From: Opitutia bacterium
GTDB lineage: Bacteria > Verrucomicrobiota > Verrucomicrobiia > Opitutales > Opitutaceae
Assembly (NCBI GenBank): GCA_947478395.1
Contig: CANJVR010000003.1
Span: forward strand, 256,001-320,000
Length of the DNA: 64,000 nucleotides
Direction of reading: 5' to 3'
Every line of letters starts with the position of its first letter. Within the stretch, counting starts at the first letter, position 1. The notes under the pieces were generated by a model. That model was not told the origin of the DNA and searched no databases. It saw nothing but the letters and a program-made list of their open reading frames with translations. A program made the position numbers and the translations under genes. Shown one piece after another: positions 44,101 through 51,359 of the stretch.

Positions 44101-44806
44101 GGATGAAATCGTGGTCGATCTCGAAGGCGAGCAACGCCAGCTCTACGACGCCGAACTCAAGCGCGCGCGCGCCCAATTGCTCGGCATCGAAACCGATCGC
44201 GCGCTCGACGCTGTGCGCTTCAATGTCCTCGCGAGCCTGCTCCGCCTGCGCCAGATCTGCTGCCACCCCGCGCTGATCGCCGAAGGTCACCGCAACATGC
44301 CGAGTGCCAAACTCGACGCTCTGCTGGAGCGACTCGAGGAGTTGCGCGACGAAGGCCAGCAGGTGCTCGTGTTCAGTCAGTTCGTGGAGTTGCTCTTGCT
44401 CATTCAGCAACGACTCGAGCTCGCCGGCATCACGCATCTCCTGCTCACGGGCAAAACGGAAAACCGCGCCGAGCTCGTCGACAAATTTCAATCCGACCGC
44501 AATCAGACGGTTTTCTTGCTTTCATTGAAAGCCGCCGGGTCGGGGCTCAATCTCACGGCGGCGAGCTACGTGATTCTCTGCGACCCGTGGTGGAATCCCG
44601 CCGTCGAAGCGCAAGCCATCGACCGCACACACCGCATCGGCCAGACGCGGCCCGTGATCGCCTATCGCCTGGTCGCAGCTGATACCGTGGAACAGAAAAT
44701 CCTCGCCATGCAGCGGGAAAAAGCCGCGCTCGCCGCCGCGGTGGTGCAGGAAGAATCGCTCGCCCGCGTCCTCGACCTCGACAGCCTGCGGCGAATTCTA
44801 GAATAG
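41159..44806 (+). CDS. SNF2-family helicase with an N-terminal SWIM zinc finger
   Basis: CRCSAKGDCRH SWIM; LADDMGLGKT, DEAQ, TGTPIEN, LSLKAAGSGLNLT, DPWWNPAVEAQAIDRTHRIGQ. Confidence 0.93.
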   Translation: MATKPRPPILRSIQTPEAQAALRVWLATFPPLTRDRGQAAFAHKQVGKITANADHFIEATLTEIEENFLVTLFFTRSQWNGKCRCSAKGDCRHIHATGLAWLAENEATTTPPASASPASVTGSIAITATPASPLTPVINKHAFRTQWSPIIAEKLGRPLTEVEGRQLSNLAALFAEFDRGPRDLPPALLRNYGFDIGHDPRATLHPSPIKDWWDANDTPRDPWALWQYIAYAYERAGRAAPEVFRPLTDTRAVHSVVDDKLVQQELATWRTAFGSQAPTETPRTENPVTAIAGLRVRLGHDAHFHVEVRTADRPWKVPNHKWFTALASARPADFETLPPAQAALATMLAAEARGYGWHYSTKLMLTVDGVAALLGTAAARPAIVRPDEQPFIIEPEPLVPEASVSTSRRDRLELRLLAPDGRPADEAKLITAKPEPLYLFAGLIWRGPPALPARQIPAAVLTDAGLMSHLRAAGLRLPATLEGRVRRVPLQPVLKCWSTADDEPDASEFFHVQLLARSNHPPCEQQWNGDGWQWAKESAPARRGPNEPLLEFDLSGANVVRERFADFRLTWNNWVGVWARPMGKTFPEEFIEWRATLPPDLVIEASPSLEGLLGPPLQAHVEFSAAPAVGEGRDWFDLTVALRVQDTTFKPDELALLLKAKGKWVRLAQHGWRRLEVAAEAGSNTAAALDRLGLRTEDVLDTGRLAKHRLHTLQLAAEAETFAARDANLANELRTRAAALAALPAPPLPKGLQATLRHYQEEGFHFIAHLAANGFGGILADDMGLGKTVQTLAWLLHAAAAVRTRATPYRALVICPKSVMHGWLSETARFAPSLTATAFAPENVFSLKKPEPDGKPAIVVANYAQLRLNASWFKQQTWDAVILDEAQFIKNPGSQTAVIARSIPAAHRLALTGTPIENRLLDLWSIFAFVQPGLLGPQASFRRQFPADDPEAAARLRRRTRHFMLRRTKAQVAPELPPRTEDEIVVDLEGEQRQLYDAELKRARAQLLGIETDRALDAVRFNVLASLLRLRQICCHPALIAEGHRNMPSAKLDALLERLEELRDEGQQVLVFSQFVELLLLIQQRLELAGITHLLLTGKTENRAELVDKFQSDRNQTVFLLSLKAAGSGLNLTAASYVILCDPWWNPAVEAQAIDRTHRIGQTRPVIAYRLVAADTVEQKILAMQREKAALAAAVVQEESLARVLDLDSLRRILE

Positions 44807-44940
44807 GAAAACTAATCGAGCCCAATTTTCCCATCACGCACCTGGCAAACGCCGATTTTCTCCATCGCGATACGCAACCCGCCAGCGCGACATTTCGCCA
44901 CCAGGTGTGTTTTCTAAAACACCACTTAAACGCCCGCGCC
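44800..44940 (-). pseudogene. Decayed SnoaL-like protein remnant
   Basis: Frame reads VVF*KTHLVAK..GGLRIAMEKIGVCQVRDGKIGLD*FSY, resembling a SnoaL-like C-terminus with stop codons. Confidence 0.4.
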
Positions 44941-45067
44941 ATCGCCTCACTCACCTCCACGAGCCACCCGCTCAAAGCCCAGCATTCCCCGCCGCATCGC
45001 GGACCTGGAAGCATCGTTCTGGAAATCTGCCGCCTTCCTCCCGTCGCGGAAAAAAAGCCTTTGATTG

Positions 45068-45391
45068 TTACCCTGCTGCAGGGCGAAGCCCCTTGGTCAT
45101 CCGCTCACCCTCGCATTGCGGTGAGCCACGCTCGAGGTCCCGGCAAATTTTCGGGCGATCGGCGTAAACCGAGCAAAAATATTCCCGCTCGCCCGCCGCG
45201 GAAATTCGCAACTCGAGGGCCGCACACCGTCCGTCTTTCATCCGCATAAACGCGCGGTGCCCGATGAAGTGCGCCACGCGCTCGGCCGCGGAACCGAGCC
45301 GCGACCAGTCGTCGCCAGACAGCCGAACGTAGGTTTCTAGCTCGGAAAAACAGCAAACACCGCAACGCAGACACTCCAGGGGCGGGAGCAT
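45068..45391 (-). CDS. YkgJ family cysteine-cluster protein
   Basis: CLRCGVCC, CAAL, CSVYADRPKICR. Confidence 0.85.
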   Translation of the reverse strand: MLPPLECLRCGVCCFSELETYVRLSGDDWSRLGSAAERVAHFIGHRAFMRMKDGRCAALELRISAAGEREYFCSVYADRPKICRDLERGSPQCEGERMTKGLRPAAG

Positions 45392-45447
45392 GTCGGCCAA
45401 TCTGCTGCTTGCCGGGTCGATGGCAACTGATTCGCTTTGGTTTCGCC

Positions 45448-46026
45448 ATGGATGCCTACACGCGCGCCCGAACCTCGATCGACCAAGCCCATGCCGCCGA
45501 TCCCACACGGACCGCGGATGGTCGCGCGGCGGAGTTAGTGTACGGCGAACGCGTCGAAGCCTGGGTCGCACGTCTGGTGCCCGACGCTGCACCGCTGCTC
45601 CGGCTCGCCGCTCGTTGCCAGCATCTCGAACGTTGGCAAACACCCCGGGCCAGTTTTCCCGAAGGCAAGGCCGGGTATCTCACCTGGCGCCGTTCGCTCT
45701 ACGTGAAACAAGCCGAGCGCGCGCGGGGTCTTCTGCTGGAAGCAGGCGTCGCCGCCGACCAAGCGGCGGAGGTGGCCACGTGGGTTTCGAAGACCGGACT
45801 AAAAACCAATCCGGGCACCCAAGCCCTCGAGGATGCAGCCGTGCTCGTTTTTCTCGAAAACGAAATCACCGCTTTCGCCGCTCAACACACGAGTTATCCG
45901 CGGGAAAAATTCGTCGATATCCTGCGCAAGACATGGCGAAAACTCAGTCCAGCCGCCCAAGCGTTTGCCGCCGCGTTAGAATTGCACCCTGACATCGCCG
46001 AACTCGTTCGCGACGCGACGACGTAA
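45448..46026 (+). CDS. DUF4202 family protein
   Basis: IDQAHAADP, ELVYG.R, AARCQHLERW..PR..FP.G..GYL.WR, QALED. Confidence 0.85.
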   Translation: MDAYTRARTSIDQAHAADPTRTADGRAAELVYGERVEAWVARLVPDAAPLLRLAARCQHLERWQTPRASFPEGKAGYLTWRRSLYVKQAERARGLLLEAGVAADQAAEVATWVSKTGLKTNPGTQALEDAAVLVFLENEITAFAAQHTSYPREKFVDILRKTWRKLSPAAQAFAAALELHPDIAELVRDATT

Positions 46027-46131
46027 ACGATCGCCCGCCAGATTCTTTATTCTCCTGAAGGACGAGGGCGCTCACCGGTCTCGGCGTCGACGCGGGATCA
46101 AAGCACCCCGCCCACATTCTGGCGCAGCGCG

Positions 46132-47697
46132 TTATTTCCGAGAGACCAGCTTCAAGTCGGTCTGCAAAAGCTCCAGCGCGCGGCCCCGAAACACGATGAC
46201 GTCACTACGCTCGATCGCATGGATCGAACACGTCCAGCAGTTGTCCCCATCGGCCTCGGTTTGATCGATCACCTCGCCCGCCGTGACGCTGCGCACGGGG
46301 GCGCCGGGTTTTTCCAACGAAAGCGCACCAGCCTTCACGTAGAACACGCCCCGGACGCGATCGCCTTGAGCGAAAAGAGCTTCGCCTTTTTCCAAATGAA
46401 TCGACCGCAGCGTTTCTTCCGGCGGAGGCGAAAGCACGCCGATGTCGCGTGGAAAAACGAGATCGAACGTCCAGTCGATCATGACGCGAAGTTTCCGCAG
46501 CAGGCCGGGAAGTTTGCCGAGGTAGATCGTCCGCCACATCCACCACGCGATGAAGCCGCGAAAGTGAAAACCCAGCACCTCGGCAACGGCCTCGCGTTTC
46601 CCGATCGTCGCGAGTTGACCCATGTAACGATAGGTAAACGGCACGGGCGCGGCGCCACGGAGCACCGCCGCGAGATTTCTGCCCAAAACGGTGCCCTGCC
46701 GGAGCGCAAACTGCGCGGTCGGCGGCGCGGTTTTGATTTCACCACGATCGCTCCAAGGCACGGCGGCGCAATCGCCAGCGATCCAAAGCGTATCATATCC
46801 AGGCGCACGCATCATGGGCGTAACTGCAACCCGCCCGCGTTCAGCCGCCAGGCCGAGTTGTCGGCACAGGTCGAGCACCACGGGATTGGGGGCGTTGCCG
46901 ATCGTGCTGACGATGGTGTTGGTTGCGATCGATTCGCCGTTTTCAAAAGTCACGCGCGAGGTGCTCACCTCGGAAACACGGGTATTGAGGCGCACTTCGA
47001 CGCCGTTGCGCGTGAGGACCTCCTCGGCGTACGCGCCGAGTTTTTCACCGATTTCCACGAGTAGCTGACCGCGGCTATGCACCAGTACGACCCGCGGCGT
47101 AGTGTCGCGCAGGTTTGCGTAGAAACGATGCGACTCTCGTACAAAATCCAGCAGTTGCCCCGCGGTTTCGACCCCGGTGTAACCCCCGCCCACGACCACG
47201 AAGGTCAACAATCGCGCCCGAACAGCCCGATCCTCAACAAGGTTGGCTTCCTCGAGCCGGTTGATGATCACCGCGCGCAGGCGCTGGGCATCCGCGACAT
47301 TCTTCATTGGCCGGGCGTAATCGGCGAGCCCCGGGACCGTACTCAAATCCGTGACACTGCCCAGCGTGAGCACCAAATGCGTGAACGTAACCTTGTGATT
47401 GCGCGTAAAACGTCCGCCATCGAGCACGAGCTCTTTACGAGCCCAGTCGACGCTTTGAATCGTCCCCTGCAGGACATTCACGCCGCGGCAAAATTGCCGC
47501 AGGGGATTTACGACGTCGGAGGCGTTGAGCGCCGAGCCCACGACCTCGGCCAGCATGGGTTGGAAAACAAGCACATTGCGCTCCGCGATCAGCGCGACCC
47601 GTTTCTCGCCCTCCGCCGCGCCGAGAGCTTTTCCCAACGCCCGCGCGCAATAAGCGCCCGCGAACCCACCGCCCGCGATCACAACGTCGAAGTGCAT
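46132..47697 (-). CDS. Type II NADH:quinone oxidoreductase (NDH-2) with a C-terminal cNMP-binding-like domain
   Basis: GGGFAG, FQPML, VVGGGYTGVE, IAGD, PPTAQFA; C-terminus GEALFAQGD...FYVKAG...GEV. Confidence 0.88.
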   Translation of the reverse strand: MHFDVVIAGGGFAGAYCARALGKALGAAEGEKRVALIAERNVLVFQPMLAEVVGSALNASDVVNPLRQFCRGVNVLQGTIQSVDWARKELVLDGGRFTRNHKVTFTHLVLTLGSVTDLSTVPGLADYARPMKNVADAQRLRAVIINRLEEANLVEDRAVRARLLTFVVVGGGYTGVETAGQLLDFVRESHRFYANLRDTTPRVVLVHSRGQLLVEIGEKLGAYAEEVLTRNGVEVRLNTRVSEVSTSRVTFENGESIATNTIVSTIGNAPNPVVLDLCRQLGLAAERGRVAVTPMMRAPGYDTLWIAGDCAAVPWSDRGEIKTAPPTAQFALRQGTVLGRNLAAVLRGAAPVPFTYRYMGQLATIGKREAVAEVLGFHFRGFIAWWMWRTIYLGKLPGLLRKLRVMIDWTFDLVFPRDIGVLSPPPEETLRSIHLEKGEALFAQGDRVRGVFYVKAGALSLEKPGAPVRSVTAGEVIDQTEADGDNCWTCSIHAIERSDVIVFRGRALELLQTDLKLVSRK

Positions 47698-47799
47698 GCA
47701 ACTGCGACCGTGCGAGACCCCAGCCCAAGCGCAAACCCGCACTGCGCTTGACGCCCCCCATCGGAATTCTAAGCACGTTGTTGGTCTAATTACCCCACC

Positions 47800-48342
47800 A
47801 TGATTCGACCGCCTGAAACCTTCGCCACTTCGCGTCTCTCCGCCCGAAGGCCACGTGTCGATGACGCTGCGGCCGTTTTTGCGGCGTACGCGACCGATGC
47901 AGACGTCACCCGCTACCTCGCCTGGCCGCCCTACAAACGGGTGGAGCCGCTGGCGGATTTTCTCCGGGAAAGGATCTCCGATTGGGAGCGCCCAGCCGCG
48001 GCCCATTATGCGTGGATGCTTTGTCTGCGGGGAACAGATACGCCGATCGGCTCCATTGGCGTAATGCCAGACGGCCGCAAAGTGATGTGCGGCTACGTGC
48101 TCGCGAAAAAATTCTGGGGCCGCGGCATGATGACCGAAGCGCTGCGTCACGTTGTCGAATGGGCCGTCGCCCAACCCGACGTCGACCGCGTCTGGGCCTA
48201 TTGCGACAGCGAGAATCCCGCCTCTTTGCGCGTAATGGAAAAAGCCGGCCTGGTGCAGGAGGGTGTGCTGCGGCGCTGGCACGCGAGCCCCACCATCGGG
48301 CCCGGACTCAGGGACTGCGTGGTTTGCTCCAAGGTTAAATGA
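47800..48342 (+). CDS. GNAT acetyltransferase, RimJ/RimL-like
   Basis: GYVLAKKFWGRGMMTEA, ENPASLRVMEKAG. Confidence 0.88.
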   Translation: MIRPPETFATSRLSARRPRVDDAAAVFAAYATDADVTRYLAWPPYKRVEPLADFLRERISDWERPAAAHYAWMLCLRGTDTPIGSIGVMPDGRKVMCGYVLAKKFWGRGMMTEALRHVVEWAVAQPDVDRVWAYCDSENPASLRVMEKAGLVQEGVLRRWHASPTIGPGLRDCVVCSKVK

Positions 48343-48386
48343 CCGTCATCCTTGCCGGGTGAGGCGCGGCAGACACTGTTTCCGAC

Positions 48387-48614
48387 GTGATCACCGTCGC
48401 CAACTGCACGCTGCTCGTCGCAGCCCAAGTGATTCGCGCTACGCTGGAATCCAGCGGCATCACAGCGTTTATTCCGGACGAGTTCACGGTGGAAACGGCG
48501 CCGCATCTGGCGCTCCTTATCGGTGGGGTTCGGGTGCAGGTGGCCGACGAAGACGCCCCGCGCGCGCGGGAAATTCTCGCGAGCCCGCAGCCCCCTGAAC
48601 TTCCGAATGAGTAG
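48387..48614 (+). CDS. DUF2007-like small protein
   Basis: AQVIRATLESSGITAFIPDE..GGVRVQVADEDAPRAREIL. Confidence 0.75.
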   Translation: MITVANCTLLVAAQVIRATLESSGITAFIPDEFTVETAPHLALLIGGVRVQVADEDAPRAREILASPQPPELPNE

Positions 48615-48617
48615 GGC

Positions 48618-49239
48618 ATGATTACCCGACGACGGTTTCTCATCGCTGCCGCCGATGCAGGAACGGGCACCGCCAGCCTCGTGTATGGACGAGGCCCCTT
48701 ATATCGCCGTTCTCGCGCGACTCGCCGCCGCGGCGACGGCGTTTGCCATCCTCGGAAATCACGACGGCCGCTTTTACCAACGCACCTCCACCCAGCCGCA
48801 TCGCGGCAGCGCGATCGTTTAAAGGGCCGGATTAATCCTCATCCAAAATCGCATCGCATCCCCCCGTGTGCGCGGACGCTAGGTACAAATCGTCGGTATA
48901 GGCGAGCTGTGGAACGGTGAATGCATGCCAGGCGTGGCCTTTCGCGAGCTGAACTCATCGTCCAGCGGCGAATCAATCCTCGCGCTTTGTCACAATCCCG
49001 ATCCGAAAGAGCATCTGTTATTTGCCCAGTGGCATGCATTGCTGTGCGGTCATACGTACGGCGGACCATGCGGTCTACCCTTCATTGGGGCCGCACTCGC
49101 GCCGGTGAAAGACCAACGGTATCTCGGCGGCGCCTATCGCTACGCCAATCGATGGCTGCATATCACGCGTGGTGTGGGCAATCTTCACGGCGTGCGACTT
49201 TTCTGCCGACCCGAAGTCAGTCTGCTCGAACTCGCATAG
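48618..49239 (+). pseudogene. Disrupted metallophosphoesterase (YkuE-like)
   Basis: Fragments in different frames: MITRRRFL start, ILGNHDG, LCHNPD, LCGHTYGG, TRGVG...R..CRPEV; DxH/GD motifs missing. Confidence 0.75.
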
Positions 49240-49317
49240 CGGCGGAGCCGGACGCCCCCATTGATCGGCCCGTTACAGCACGACCGAAATTTTTTAAAAC
49301 TTTCCTGCAGATGATTT

Positions 49318-49343
49318 GGAAACCGCTGTGAGAGCACCGCGTC
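49318..49343 (+). promoter_or_regulatory. Possible ECF sigma-type promoter
   Basis: GGAAAC-N16-CGTC about 30 bp upstream of the 49371 ATG. Confidence 0.3.
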
Positions 49344-49370
49344 TCGCGGTCGGTAACCGAAATCCAAACC

Positions 49371-49619
49371 ATGAAAAACGAAGACTCTTCTTTCGGCGTT
49401 CTCGCCGCCATCATCGTCGCCGGTGTCATCCTCGCCTGCTTCTCGCCCGCCAATGCTTCCGACCTCAATACCGTCAACGCCAGCGCCGTCACCGCTTCCG
49501 CAGCGGGAAATGTCGCCAGCCAATCCTCCGGCAAATCCGAGACATGTGCCACCGGTCACCGCGGAGGGCACAAGCTCGGGCACAAGACCGCGAACACGCC
49601 AAAATCTCCCGCGGTCTAA
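49371..49619 (+). CDS. Small hypothetical secreted/membrane protein
   Basis: ATG ORF with a hydrophobic N-terminus (FGVLAAIIVAGVILACF) and host-like codon usage. Confidence 0.6.
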   Translation: MKNEDSSFGVLAAIIVAGVILACFSPANASDLNTVNASAVTASAAGNVASQSSGKSETCATGHRGGHKLGHKTANTPKSPAV

Positions 49620-49664
49620 AACGAGGGCCGGAAGCCCAACAACCAGCCGCCGTAAAGCTGCGCT

Positions 49665-50421
49665 TCAGCGGCGGTTTAATTTTTCGCCGGCGGCCAGAAC
49701 ACGGCGAGTCCTGCCGCAAAGGCCGGCGGGCAATACATTGAAATGATTGAGCCGCGGAAATCGCTGCGAATAAACCGTGAGACCGGAAAACGGCGGCGCC
49801 GCCAGCTGTTGTTCCAGTAACCGCAAGTCACCGGTCATCGAATAGGAGTCGTCGTCGCCCGCGCTGAGGTAAAGTTGCGCCGGCAACGACGGTTGGATTG
49901 ACCACAGTTTTTCTGCATTCGCGGAGAATGCTGCGTTCCGCCCACCAAATCGACGATGCACTGGCGAGGTGGTGCGTGAAAAAAGGCGTGCGCTGAAAAG
50001 CGCGTGCAACGCGAGCAATGAGCCCAGCGAATGCCCCTCAATCCCCAGGTTCGTGGCCTCGATCGCATATCTGCGCCCCAATTCGGTCCACAAAGTCTGC
50101 GTGAGAAACCGCAGGAACGCATCCGCGCCACCACTGGTCGGCTCTCATCGGCGTGCGCGACCGGCATATAATCGCGTCCGCGTCGGTTCGCCGACGCCCG
50201 ATAACTCGCGCCATAGCCGACGCCCACCAGCAGCAAGGCGCCACCGCTCTTGCGGCCCGTGCTTCGCGATGGGCCTTGATCGCCGCCTGAAATTGATCGT
50301 CGCCGTCCATGAACAATACCGCCGGACACGGCCCGGCAAATTGTTCGCCAGCGGATCGCTCGATATAAATCGGGTCGTCGGTGCCCGTTTCAGGAGAAAA
50401 AAGAATCCATTCTGGTTTCAT
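49665..50421 (-). pseudogene. Frameshifted alpha/beta esterase (IroE/BesA-like)
   Basis: Pieces in three frames: PAVLFMDGD, LLVGVGY..RGRDY, GHSLGSL..LYLSAG..NH. Confidence 0.75.
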
Positions 50422-50436
50422 CGAGAATGATTCGGT

Positions 50437-51336
50437 TCAGCCTTTGAGGGCGCCGGCCGCCACGCCTTTCACGATGTGCCGTTGCAGCGCCACATAAACG
50501 AGCAGGAGCGGAATCGTCACCAGCATGATTCCCGCGAACAGCATGCCGTAGTCCGTTTTGTATTGGGCGGTGATCGAAAGATTCGCGAGGCCGAGCGGCA
50601 GCGTGCGAGCCGATCCATCGAGGTCGCCGCCCGTCAGCATGAACGCAAAAAAATATTCCTTCCACACCCCGATGAACTGGAAAATTGCGACCGTCATGAG
50701 TCCGGGTTTCGCCAGCGGCAACAGCACGCGGAAAAAGGCCGTCCATTCCGTACATCCGTCGATGACCGCCGCTTCATAGAGCGAACGCGGCAACGAACGA
50801 AAAAAACCGGCGAGAATAAAAATCGCAAACGGGAGGCCATTGGCCGTGTAGACCAGAACCAATCCCGCCTTGGAGTTGAGCAAGCCCGCGGCTCGTAACT
50901 CGAAAAACAACGGCACCACCGCGAGCTGGGCCGGAACCATCAATCCGGCGAGAAAAAGCCAAAAGACAAATTTCCCGAGCGGATGATAAAACCGGGCCAG
51001 CGCATAGGCAGCCATCGCGCCGAGCATTACGATGAGCGCCACGGATGCCGTCGTAACGATCACGCTGTTCAAAAAATAGTCGCTGAAATGGGCCTCGCGC
51101 CAGGCCCGCAGATAGTTTTCCGGATGCATCTCTCCGGGCCGCGGCAAAGCGAACGCATCCCGAAAGATCGCCGCATCCGCTTTGAGCGAGGAGTAGGCCA
51201 CCCACACCATCGGCAACACGACCCACGCGGCATATCCCATCAACCCCGTGAAAATGAGCGTTCGTGAAAGCGGAACACGAAAGCCCGACCGAGCTTCGGC
51301 GCTGCGACCTTCGGAGTGTGGATGATTGAGGGGCAT
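50437..51336 (-). CDS. Carbohydrate ABC transporter permease (MalG-like)
   Basis: YFLNSVIVT, AAYALAR, LYEAAVIDG EAA motif, RTLPLGL. Confidence 0.92.
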   Translation of the reverse strand: MPLNHPHSEGRSAEARSGFRVPLSRTLIFTGLMGYAAWVVLPMVWVAYSSLKADAAIFRDAFALPRPGEMHPENYLRAWREAHFSDYFLNSVIVTTASVALIVMLGAMAAYALARFYHPLGKFVFWLFLAGLMVPAQLAVVPLFFELRAAGLLNSKAGLVLVYTANGLPFAIFILAGFFRSLPRSLYEAAVIDGCTEWTAFFRVLLPLAKPGLMTVAIFQFIGVWKEYFFAFMLTGGDLDGSARTLPLGLANLSITAQYKTDYGMLFAGIMLVTIPLLLVYVALQRHIVKGVAAGALKG

Positions 51337-51359
51337 TCGCAGACGCGCAAAATTCAAGC

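Noticed and set aside
47698..48282. 716-aa version of NDH-2
   Set aside because: The extension is antisense to the GNAT gene; the Rossmann fold begins at Met 47697.
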